Shown here in pieces: positions 9,373-17,334 of a stretch of DNA of 27,548 nucleotides; position 1 is the first letter of the stretch, and each line of letters opens with the position of its first letter. The stretch spans positions 1 to 27,548 of the forward strand of contig JAJYNW010000019.1 of the NCBI GenBank assembly GCA_021786105.1, in the 5' to 3' direction. Origin of the DNA: a bacterium (GTDB lineage Bacteria; Patescibacteriota; Microgenomatia; Daviesbacterales; UBA10151). The notes beneath the pieces are model-generated. The model had not been told where the DNA came from. It did no database searches and saw only the letters and a list, made by a program, of their open reading frames with translations. A program made the position numbers and the translations under genes.

Positions 9373-9513
9373 TTAGCCTCCAATTTTAAACATAGAGGTG
9401 CCACAAGCTGGACAAGTACCTTTTGAGGCTTTTTTGCCATTTTTCATAGTGACTTCTTGTACATTTTGTGCTTCTTGTTTTTGGCGGCATTTAACGCAAT
9501 ACATTTGTGCCAT
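9373..9513 (-). CDS. 46-aa zinc-ribbon protein (DUF5679-like)
   Basis: Below the ORF-track cutoff: MAQMYCVKCRQKQEAQNVQEVTMKNGKKASKGTCPACGTSMFKIGG*. Two CxxC pairs and a perfect SD (AAAGGAGGTGA) upstream. Confidence 0.9.
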   Translation of the reverse strand: MAQMYCVKCRQKQEAQNVQEVTMKNGKKASKGTCPACGTSMFKIGG

Positions 9514-9532
9514 AATCTGATTCACCTCCTTT

Positions 9533-9859
9533 CTAAAAAAAGTTTATTTTCAAAATATGGTTTTGTAGAAGGAAGAACAAGACAACCTGCGCACCGATTG
9601 CTAAAGATGAAAAGATTAAAATTTTAAATAAATCCTGATGAAGATATGTTATATCAGTCGGTTGATTGGTGATTGGTGAGTCGGTATATCGATATGTCGG
9701 ATTGCTGGTAGAGTCTGCTGATTTGCTGGCTTTCTGACGCTCTGCGTTAGCAGAAGGCAAGCTTTGCTTGTTTACTGAATCTTTTCCATAGACCTGTCTG
9801 CGGAGCAGTTGCAGGCGTTTTTCCAGATCTGATTGTTTTTTAGTCTGACGGATGGACAT
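9533..9859 (-). CDS. Hypothetical protein with C-terminal TM helix
   Basis: 108 aa ORF with upstream TTGACA-N18-TAGGCT (extended -10); co-oriented with the zinc-ribbon gene. Confidence 0.7.
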   Translation of the reverse strand: MSIRQTKKQSDLEKRLQLLRRQVYGKDSVNKQSLPSANAERQKASKSADSTSNPTYRYTDSPITNQPTDITYLHQDLFKILIFSSLAIGAQVVLFFLLQNHILKINFF

Positions 9860-9886
9860 GATTTCGAGAATACTTACGCTCAGTTG

Positions 9887-9916
9887 AGCCTAGCACGCAC
9901 GAAGTCTCCTTGTCAA
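9887..9916 (-). promoter_or_regulatory. Sigma70-type promoter for 9859(-)
   Basis: TTGACA (9916-9911), 18 nt spacer, TGC-TAGGCT extended -10 (9892-9887). Confidence 0.5.
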
Positions 9917-9957
9917 GCATTAAATAAGCACATCCTCACTCACAGTTATCAGATATT

Positions 9958-10036
9958 TTACGTTTGCGAAGCAAAGGAAAGCTATGCTTACTGCTCGTTT
10001 CGGATGGGCATGCCTTTTTGCTTCGCAAAAACGTAA
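9958..10036. repeat. Inverted pair of REP-like GCGAAGC mini-hairpin repeats
   Basis: TTACGTTTGCGAAGCAAAGG (9958-9977) and CCTTTTTGCTTCGCAAAAACGTAA (10013-10036) are imperfect inverted repeats; another copy lies at 21098-21121. Confidence 0.75.
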
Positions 10037-10086
10037 GGCTAAAACTATGAGTTTACTGGGAGAAATATGCATTAAACTGGTCGGGG

Positions 10087-10116
10087 TTGACAACAATTAA
10101 TTCTATCAAGTATAGT
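10087..10116 (+). promoter_or_regulatory. Sigma70-type promoter for the DUF4446 operon
   Basis: TTGACA (10087-10092), N18, TATAGT (10111-10116), 13 nt before ATG 10130. Confidence 0.55.
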
Positions 10117-10129
10117 GAAAGAGTAACAT

Positions 10130-10621
10130 ATGTATTCGGATTGGCCCGTCTTAGCCGGGGTGGTAGTGACGGCAGTTTTTGTTTGGCTGGGGTCTTTAAG
10201 CTTTTTAGTTTGGCGGCAAAACAAATTTCTAAAAGCGCTTTTTCCCAAGAGCGGAGAAAGAGATATTAGAAAAAAATTTGAAGAATTGGTTAAAGCAGTA
10301 GAAGGATTTGATGGTAAACTGACTGATCTGAACGGTAAAGTTACCGAGGTTAATACCCAAGGGATGAGGCATGTACAAAGAGTAGAGCTTGTACGGTTTA
10401 ATCCTTTTAATGAAACAGGCGGGGATCAAAGTTTTACAGTGTGCTTGTTGGATAATCAGGGGTCAGGGTTAGTGTTGACCAGCTTGCATGCCAGGTCGGG
10501 AACCCGGGTGTTTGCCAAGCCGGTGGTAAGAGGTAAAAGCAGTAGGTACGAGTTGTCAAAAGAGGAAGAAGCGGTTATTAAAAAGGCAATGGAAGAAAAA
10601 AGCCATGAAGAAAATAGTTAA
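10130..10621 (+). CDS. DUF4446 family protein
   Basis: N-terminal TM, coiled coil, then VRFNPFNETGGDQSF...LLD...G.V...LHAR...RVFAKP...LSKEE, recognised from memory of the family. Confidence 0.85.
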   Translation: MYSDWPVLAGVVVTAVFVWLGSLSFLVWRQNKFLKALFPKSGERDIRKKFEELVKAVEGFDGKLTDLNGKVTEVNTQGMRHVQRVELVRFNPFNETGGDQSFTVCLLDNQGSGLVLTSLHARSGTRVFAKPVVRGKSSRYELSKEEEAVIKKAMEEKSHEENS

Positions 10622-11786
10622 TATATTTCAAAGCTTAACTAACTTACAAAAAACTTTAAGTTTAATCATCTTGGGTGTGGTTTTATATGGTGCCTCAACA
10701 AGCATAGCCTATTCTCTGTTTAGTCAAATCAGTCCGGCTCCTGTCAGTAAAGAAACCGAAGCAGCAAAATTACCAACTCCAGTTGGTAGTTTTGCCGAAG
10801 ATCCAAATGAACCAAAAACCGCAAGCTGCCCCTTAAATGGTACGCTTCATACTAAAAAAGCCGAGGATTTTTGGAGCAAGAGAAGGCCTTTGGCGGTGAT
10901 GATTGAAAATCACACCGAAGCCAGGCCTCAGTCGGGGTTGAGTTATGCAGATGTAGTGTATGAAGCGGTGGCGGAAGGTGGAATTACCAGGTTTATGGCT
11001 TTATTCTACTGTAATCTTTCCGATATTCAGGTTGGACCGGTGAGGTCGGCAAGAACATATTTCTTGGATTGGTTAGGGGAGTATGATGCTCTCTATGCCC
11101 ACGTTGGCGGAGCAAATAGTCCAGGTCCGGCTGATGCTTTAGGTCAAATTATTAAATATGAAGTGAAAGATATGAATCAATTCAGTATCGGGTTTCCGGT
11201 TTATTGGAGGGATTATCAAAGGTTAGGTCATCCGGTGGCTACCGAACATACAATGTATTCCACTACTGCTAAATTGTGGGAAGTGGGAGCAAAGCGCGGT
11301 TGGACCGCTACTGATTCAGCCGGGTTAAGATGGGATAAAAGTTTTGTCCCTTGGAAATTTAAGGATGACAAAGCGGGCGGGACAACTGTCAATATTAAGG
11401 TTAATTTCTGGGAATCGCAAGGCGGTTATGATGTGACCTGGACTTATGATCAGGCCTCAAATTCCTACAAAAGGCAAAACGGTGGTGCACCACACGTGGA
11501 CTTAGATAATAATACTCAGTTGAGTCCTAAAGTGGTGGTGGTGCAGTTTGAAAGAGAATCAAATGCTAATGATGGTTATCCAGGGAATGTACACTTGTTG
11601 TATGGCACAACCGGTTCGGGCAAGGCGTTAATTTTCCAAGATGGCAATGTGATAGAGGGTAAATGGAACAAGACTTCAAGACTAGCCAGGACTAAGTATA
11701 CAGATAAAAATGGTAAAGAAATTGAATTTGATAAGGGCCAAATTTGGATCCAAACTGTCCCGGAGGGATCTAAAGTAAGTTATTAA
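10605..11786 (+). CDS. DUF3048 (YerB-like) membrane-anchored surface protein
   Basis: RRPLAVMIEN, ARPQSGLSYADVVYE, EGGITRF, GPVRSAR and GQIWI motifs; N-terminal TM. Confidence 0.9.
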   Translation: MKKIVNIFQSLTNLQKTLSLIILGVVLYGASTSIAYSLFSQISPAPVSKETEAAKLPTPVGSFAEDPNEPKTASCPLNGTLHTKKAEDFWSKRRPLAVMIENHTEARPQSGLSYADVVYEAVAEGGITRFMALFYCNLSDIQVGPVRSARTYFLDWLGEYDALYAHVGGANSPGPADALGQIIKYEVKDMNQFSIGFPVYWRDYQRLGHPVATEHTMYSTTAKLWEVGAKRGWTATDSAGLRWDKSFVPWKFKDDKAGGTTVNIKVNFWESQGGYDVTWTYDQASNSYKRQNGGAPHVDLDNNTQLSPKVVVVQFERESNANDGYPGNVHLLYGTTGSGKALIFQDGNVIEGKWNKTSRLARTKYTDKNGKEIEFDKGQIWIQTVPEGSKVSY

Positions 11787-11813
11787 ACTTTCTGCCCGGA
11801 AAGGAGGTTTTAT

Positions 11814-12401
11814 ATGCTTGAGGAACTTTTTGTCTCAAGAGTCCGGGTCAAGATACTACAGCTTTTTTTATCTTCCCCCGGTGCACTCTTTCATGTTCGA
11901 GAGATAGTCAGACGTGTTTCTGAAGAGATTAATGCGGTGCGCCGCGAACTTTCCCGGATGGAAAAATACGGAATGGTGGCTTCAGAGTGGCGGGCTAACC
12001 GCCGTCTTTACCATTTCCGCAAGGACTATATTTATTACCGGGAGTTACTCGGTCTGGTAGTCAAATCAACCGGTTTGGGTGGGTCAATTATTAAAAGTAA
12101 GGCCAAATTAGGTCGGATTAAATATGCAATGATTGCTACTCGTTACTTGAAAAATCAGGCTTCAGAAACTGAGGCTGTTGATTTGCTGATTGTTGGTCAA
12201 ATTGTTTTGCCGGAACTGCAGGCAATTGTGGCTGATGAACAAGCTAAGAGAGAGAGCGAGATTAACTACTCTTTTATGGATGAGGCGGAATTTAATTTCC
12301 GGGTCAAAAGGCGGGATCCCTTTATTTTACGGGTAATTACTCAACCTAAGATTATGCTTTTAGGGGATGAGGATGATTTGTTATCCGGTGTGGTAATCTA
12401 G
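11814..12401 (+). CDS. Winged-helix DNA-binding protein with a degenerate nucleotidyltransferase-like C-terminal domain
   Basis: SRVRVKIL...HVREIVR...INAVRREL wHTH, followed by a VDLLIVG/EINY segment; strong SD AAAGGAGG. Confidence 0.7.
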   Translation: MLEELFVSRVRVKILQLFLSSPGALFHVREIVRRVSEEINAVRRELSRMEKYGMVASEWRANRRLYHFRKDYIYYRELLGLVVKSTGLGGSIIKSKAKLGRIKYAMIATRYLKNQASETEAVDLLIVGQIVLPELQAIVADEQAKRESEINYSFMDEAEFNFRVKRRDPFILRVITQPKIMLLGDEDDLLSGVVI

Positions 12402-12426
12402 ATTCTGCTTAAGGTATAATCTTTTC

Positions 12427-13743
12427 ATGCATTCACGGTGGATTTTGTGGACAATCATAGTTTTAACAATCTTGGCCTTATGGATAAATATTCCTCCCCT
12501 TCCGCAAGTTCCTGCTTTAAAAATCTTAGGTAAGCGGGTTGAGCTTTTGGGAAAGTTTCCTCTTAAGCTGGGTTTGGATTTGCAGGGTGGAACCGAATTG
12601 ATTTTGGAAACCCAGATGGACAAAATTGCCCCGGCTGATCGGGACAGTGCTTTGGAGTCTGCCAAAAATGTCATCGAACGAAGGGTTAATCTGTATGGTA
12701 TTTCGGATACAGTGGTGCAAACGTCCAAATTAGGAGAGCAAAGACGTATTTTAGTGGAATTACCTGGGTTAAAAGACGCTTCGGCGGCGGCCAATTTAGT
12801 GGGAAAAATAGCCAAGTTGGATTTTCGGGAAATGCCAGCTACTCTATCTGCTCAGGAAATAGAAGCCACTAAATCCGGTTTACCGATTATAGCGTTGGCA
12901 AAGCCAACTGGTTTGACAGGGGCTGATTTGAAAAGGGCACAAGTTACTTTTGGTTCTAGTAGTGGAGCCAGATCCGGGCCACAAGTATCCATCGAATTTA
13001 CTGACCAGGGAGCAAAAAAGTTTGCTGACATTACCAGAAGGAATATCGGTAAACCCTTGGCGATATTTTTGGACGACGAGCCTGTTTCTGAGCCAACTGT
13101 CTCGCAGGAAATTGATGGCGGTAATGCGGTCATTACCGGACAATTTACTACCCAACAGGCTAAAAATTTGGCTATTGATCTGAATGCCGGAGCTTTGCCA
13201 GTACCAATTAAAATTATCCAGCAAAATTCCATTGGTCCGACCTTAGGTCAGCAGTCAGTAAATAAAAGCCTGATAGCCGGGATTATTGGACTAACTATTG
13301 TGGCTATTTATATGGCGGCATATTATGGAATTTTGGGGCTGGTGGCAGATACGGCTTTGGTGGTCTATACACTTTTAGTTTTGGCATTTATTAGAACCGG
13401 TCTTTTTATCTTACCTCCGGTGACTTTAACTCTGGCCGGAATTGCCGGTTTTATTTTATCAATCGGTATGGCGGTTGATGCCAATATCCTGATTTTTGAG
13501 AGAATGAAAGAAGAGATTCGTTGGGGTAAAAGCAAAACTTTGGCTTTGGATCTAGGGTTTAAAAGAGCTTGGTCCTCTATTTGGGCATCGAACGTGTCGT
13601 CTTTGATGACGGCCGCTATTTTATATGGTATGGGCACATCTTTAATCCGCGGTTTTGCCATAACTTTGGCAATCGGAGTGCTGTTTTCCATGTTTACCAG
13701 TTATGTGGTAACCCGGACATTTTTGCGATTGATAATTAGATAA
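12427..13743 (+). CDS. secD: Protein translocase subunit SecD
   Basis: LGLDLQGG, IERRVN, AGALP, IGPTLG and IGMAVDANILIFER motifs. Confidence 0.97.
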   Translation: MHSRWILWTIIVLTILALWINIPPLPQVPALKILGKRVELLGKFPLKLGLDLQGGTELILETQMDKIAPADRDSALESAKNVIERRVNLYGISDTVVQTSKLGEQRRILVELPGLKDASAAANLVGKIAKLDFREMPATLSAQEIEATKSGLPIIALAKPTGLTGADLKRAQVTFGSSSGARSGPQVSIEFTDQGAKKFADITRRNIGKPLAIFLDDEPVSEPTVSQEIDGGNAVITGQFTTQQAKNLAIDLNAGALPVPIKIIQQNSIGPTLGQQSVNKSLIAGIIGLTIVAIYMAAYYGILGLVADTALVVYTLLVLAFIRTGLFILPPVTLTLAGIAGFILSIGMAVDANILIFERMKEEIRWGKSKTLALDLGFKRAWSSIWASNVSSLMTAAILYGMGTSLIRGFAITLAIGVLFSMFTSYVVTRTFLRLIIR

Positions 13744-13751
13744 GTTTGAAT

Positions 13752-14624
13752 ATGAAGTTTAAGTCAAAAAAACCACATTACGAATATTTAAGACAAAAAT
13801 GGGTGGGTCGGCATCGGGCCATTCAAAATAAATTTTGGGAAAAACATGGATCTTCTTTAAAACATTTGGCTCTAGGATCCTTAGGGGGTTTAATGCTGCT
13901 TTCTGCGCCTGCTCATCAGGAGCTGCCTGCTCCGCAGTTAACCTTCAGCCGTGATGATGTTTTGAAAGGTTATGATAAAAATGTCTTATTGGCGCAAAGT
14001 TTATCTGATAAAATACCTGTTGAAGTCAGATCTTTAGAACCTTTAGAGGAAAGAGATGTTATAGATATTTTATCCCGAAATTTCGGTTTTGAAGTGAAAG
14101 CAGAAATGGGAGGTATAAGATTGAATAGAAATTATGGTTTAATTGGAGGAGAACAGCATTTGTACCGTTATCCCGGTGATAATTTATATGCCCATGCGGA
14201 TTCTGCGTCAGATTGGGCCAAATACGGAGATGCCGGAATTGCTCCTGGCTTAGGTGCCTGGGGATATTTCTCTGCTTCTCAAAAAGAGTTTGGTGATATC
14301 GATAAACAAAGGGAGCGTTATTATCTAGCTATTCAGACTTTTTTGACTCCGGGTTTCGCCGAGAATTTTGCCAAATACCGGGATTTTTTTAAATTTAGAA
14401 AAATGCTGGTGGTCAATCCCAAAACCGGCCAAGCAGTGGTGGCAGTGATTGGTGATGCCGGCCCGGCCGAATGGACGGGTAAACATTTAGGAGGATCGCC
14501 GGAGGTGATGGATGCCTTGGGGCTGGCCGGCGGTCCCCGGAAAGGCCCAGTGTTGTATTTTTTTATTGATGATCCGAAGAATGAAGTACCATTAGGACCG
14601 GTTAACGTGAGAAATCAAGCATGA
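13752..14624 (+). CDS. Membrane-anchored hypothetical protein with a C-terminal RlpA/DPBB-like segment
   Basis: One hydrophobic segment near aa 40-55; C-terminal MLVVNPKTGQAVVAVIGDAGP...LGGSPEVMDALG resembles the RlpA-like V.V.N..NG..V.V.I.DRGP...DLS...LG pattern. ATG 13752 preferred to TTG 13746. Confidence 0.55.
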   Translation: MKFKSKKPHYEYLRQKWVGRHRAIQNKFWEKHGSSLKHLALGSLGGLMLLSAPAHQELPAPQLTFSRDDVLKGYDKNVLLAQSLSDKIPVEVRSLEPLEERDVIDILSRNFGFEVKAEMGGIRLNRNYGLIGGEQHLYRYPGDNLYAHADSASDWAKYGDAGIAPGLGAWGYFSASQKEFGDIDKQRERYYLAIQTFLTPGFAENFAKYRDFFKFRKMLVVNPKTGQAVVAVIGDAGPAEWTGKHLGGSPEVMDALGLAGGPRKGPVLYFFIDDPKNEVPLGPVNVRNQA

Positions 14625-14944
14625 AATATTTCTACTCACATTTGATTGAAATAGAATCGTTGGCGACAGAACTGGATAAGCTGGATCTGTCAAAGGAGCA
14701 GAAAGCTCACTTGGCAGATTTGGTCGATTCTAGTTTGCACCATACAGTTTTGGATGCAGTTTTATCTGAACTTACTGAAACAGATAAAAAGGTTTTTCTA
14801 AATCATTTAAGGGAAAATGATCATAGCAAAATATGGCATTTTTTAAATGAAAAAGTTGATAATATTGAAGACAAAATTAAAAAAGCGGCAGATGATTTAA
14901 AGGATGAATTACATAAGGACTTAAAGGAGGCCTGCCAAGGGTGA
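14621..14944 (+). CDS. Hypothetical helical protein
   Basis: 107 aa with ATGA overlap with the upstream gene; lies within the sec operon. Confidence 0.75.
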   Translation: MKYFYSHLIEIESLATELDKLDLSKEQKAHLADLVDSSLHHTVLDAVLSELTETDKKVFLNHLRENDHSKIWHFLNEKVDNIEDKIKKAADDLKDELHKDLKEACQG

Positions 14945-14947
14945 GGT

Positions 14948-14960
14948 TCGCCGGAGGCGA
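14948..14960. repeat. Short palindrome TCGCC-GGA-GGCGA
   Basis: 5-bp stem with 3-nt loop in the intergenic gap; similar to CGCC-TTT-GGCG nested in cca (16885-16895). Confidence 0.45.
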
Positions 14961-14970
14961 CAAAAACTAA

Positions 14971-15858
14971 ATGAGTAATTTAATGCGTTATAAAGTTTTA
15001 TATTTTGTGGCATCTTTGCTGATTATTTTGCCAGGGCTATATTTCTTAATTACCTCAGGATTAAAATTGGGAATAGATTTTACCGGTGGTGCTTTATTGG
15101 AATATAGTTTCCAAAAAAATGTTGATGCAAATGATTTAAAGCAGCAAATCTCTTCAGAAGGAATCGAGGTGGGTCAAATCACCCCTGTTTCTGATAATAC
15201 CTACATCATCAGGACAAAACCTGTGGATCAAAGTAAGATTAATAAATTGAAAGATGATCTTGGCGGAAAATTTGGCAAAGTGGAAGATAGAAGAGTGGAG
15301 TTTGTCGGACCAGTGATTGGGAACGAACTTCGGCAAAAATCACTGATCGGAGTAACTTTGGCCTCTATAGTGATTGTTTTATATATTGCTTTTTCTTTTA
15401 GAAAAATACCGAAACCGGCATCGTCTTGGAGATTTGGTATCGCGGCAGTGGTGGCGTTGGTACATGATGTTTTAGTGGTTATCGGTGCATTTGCCATTTT
15501 AGGAAAATTTTTCGGGGTGGAGGTGGATACGCTTTTTGTGACGGCACTTCTGACCATCATTGGTTTTTCAGTTCACGACACGATTGTGGTTTTTGACAGG
15601 ATTCGGGAAAATTTGGCTAAGCATATGGGGCGAAAATTTATTGATGTGGCTAATTTATCAGTTATACAAACTTTGGGCAGATCTTTAAATACCTCTTTGA
15701 CAGTGGTGTTTGTATTGCTGGCAATGCTTTTGTTTGGCGGGGAAACTATCAGGTGGTTTGTGGTGGCCTTACTGGTAGGAATTATTTCCGGAACTTATTC
15801 TTCCATCTTTAATGCCACAGCATTACTGGTTTGGTGGGAAGAAAAATTAGGCCACTAG
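14971..15858 (+). CDS. secF: Protein translocase subunit SecF
   Basis: LGIDFTGG, VGPVIG, HDV, IGFSVHDTIVVFDRIRE, RSLNTS and GTYSSIF motifs. Confidence 0.97.
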   Translation: MSNLMRYKVLYFVASLLIILPGLYFLITSGLKLGIDFTGGALLEYSFQKNVDANDLKQQISSEGIEVGQITPVSDNTYIIRTKPVDQSKINKLKDDLGGKFGKVEDRRVEFVGPVIGNELRQKSLIGVTLASIVIVLYIAFSFRKIPKPASSWRFGIAAVVALVHDVLVVIGAFAILGKFFGVEVDTLFVTALLTIIGFSVHDTIVVFDRIRENLAKHMGRKFIDVANLSVIQTLGRSLNTSLTVVFVLLAMLLFGGETIRWFVVALLVGIISGTYSSIFNATALLVWWEEKLGH

Positions 15859-17286
15859 ATCTTTGATTCTATTTAAGAGGTATTCCCTATTATTTTTGGA
15901 AGAATCTTCTAAAACTTCTTCAAAAAGTTTTTGCAAAATTTCTCCGACTTTTGGACCTGGTTTAATATTTACAGTTTTCATCGCATCATGGCCATTAATT
16001 TTTAAATCAGCAATCGAAAACGGCTTTTTTAAAACTTCCTTAATTCTTTTTTGAAATTCTTCCATTCTCCAGGAAACTGCTTTTTGAGTGCCTCCCCCTA
16101 ATCTGTCGCCAATTCTTAAAGCCATCATGTCATCAATATTTTCCACCCCCACATTTTTAATAAACCTTCTAATGGCAGAATCGGTTTGCCGTTCGTCAAC
16201 GGTAAATAAATGCCATCTGACTAATCGGTATAATTTATCAGTTTGTTTTTTTGATAAATTAAATCTTTTTGCAATTCTCAAGACCAGTTTTCCGCCGACC
16301 ACATCATGGTTATAAAAGGTGACATTGCCGGAAGGATCTGTTTTAACAGTGTTAACTTTACCGATGTCATGCAATAGTGCGGCCAGTCTAACCAGTGAAT
16401 TATTGGACGGCGCATGCTTCAAAGCTAGTAAGGAATGTTCGCCAATGTCATAAACCCGATCATGTTTTGGTCCTTTTTGCACAATGCCAAAACTTTTTTC
16501 CAGTTCCGGCAAAATGATTTGCAAAAGTCCGGCTTCTCTTAGTCTGACTATTCCGGCATAAGGATCTTTGGATGCCAGGATTTTAAACAGCTCGTCTCGG
16601 ATTCTTTCGTTAGCAATCTCTTTTATCAGTCCGGCGTTTTTTTTGATAGCTTCCAAAGTTTTTGGCTCTATTTGAAACTCCAGTTGGGTGGCAATTCTGA
16701 TAGCTCTTATTAATCGAAGGGCATCTTCCTGAAAGCGTTTATTTGGATCGTCTACTGCCCGGACGAGTTTATTTTTTATGTCCTCTTGGCCATGAAAGGG
16801 GTCAATAAGAATATAATTGTCATTGCGATGGTCTGAAGGACCCGTGGCAATCTCTACTTCTGAACTAAATTGCTTCGCTTCGCCCGCCTTTGGCGTGGTT
16901 TCGCTCGCAATGACGGAGGAGGAACCGAACGCCATGGCGTTAATGGTAAAATCCCGTCTGGCTAAATCTTCTTCGATTTTATTGGTCCAACCTACTTCTG
17001 TAGGATGCCGGAGATCTTTGTAATCTCCCTCTTTTCTCATGGTGGTAATTTCAAAGATTCCTAGAGGAGTTCCCAGTCCGACGGTGCCGAATTTATTGTC
17101 ATAAAAACCCTCCGGAAAAATTTTTAAAATCTCTTCCGGCTTGGCATCGGTGGTAAAGTCCCAATCAGAAACTGCTTTATCCATTAAAAGGTCGCGAACT
17201 GCCCCTCCGACAATATAAATTTGGAAACCGGCACTGCTGACTTTTTCTAAAATATTTTTTACCTCGTTAGGTAGGGAATAATTCAT
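15847..17286 (-). CDS. cca: CCA tRNA nucleotidyltransferase with HD domain
   Basis: VGGAVRD, DWD, EDLARRDFTINAMA, RFQEDALRLIRAIR and LLHDIGK motifs. Start ATG 17286 has TAGAAT 7 nt upstream and avoids overlap with recJ. Confidence 0.92.
   Translation of the reverse strand: MNYSLPNEVKNILEKVSSAGFQIYIVGGAVRDLLMDKAVSDWDFTTDAKPEEILKIFPEGFYDNKFGTVGLGTPLGIFEITTMRKEGDYKDLRHPTEVGWTNKIEEDLARRDFTINAMAFGSSSVIASETTPKAGEAKQFSSEVEIATGPSDHRNDNYILIDPFHGQEDIKNKLVRAVDDPNKRFQEDALRLIRAIRIATQLEFQIEPKTLEAIKKNAGLIKEIANERIRDELFKILASKDPYAGIVRLREAGLLQIILPELEKSFGIVQKGPKHDRVYDIGEHSLLALKHAPSNNSLVRLAALLHDIGKVNTVKTDPSGNVTFYNHDVVGGKLVLRIAKRFNLSKKQTDKLYRLVRWHLFTVDERQTDSAIRRFIKNVGVENIDDMMALRIGDRLGGGTQKAVSWRMEEFQKRIKEVLKKPFSIADLKINGHDAMKTVNIKPGPKVGEILQKLFEEVLEDSSKNNREYLLNRIKDLVA
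16819..16914. repeat. 96-bp palindromic element inserted in frame in cca
   Basis: Terminal inverted repeats GTCATTGCGA/TCGCAATGAC; translated as VIASETTPKAGEAKQFSSEVEIATGPSDHRND between the NAMA and IDPF motifs. Confidence 0.88.
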
Positions 17287-17334
17287 AAACTTAATTCTAC
17301 ACCTTAGTTTAGTATGGTACAATTTGCTCTACTC

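Noticed and set aside
9875-9900. GCTCAGTTGAGC resembling a tRNA D-arm
   Set aside because: No T-arm, anticodon arm or acceptor stem.
9833-10036. 67-aa ORF sharing PFCFAKT with ORF 20916-21122
   Set aside because: The shared peptide is only the translation of the REP-like repeat; neither ORF has start signals.
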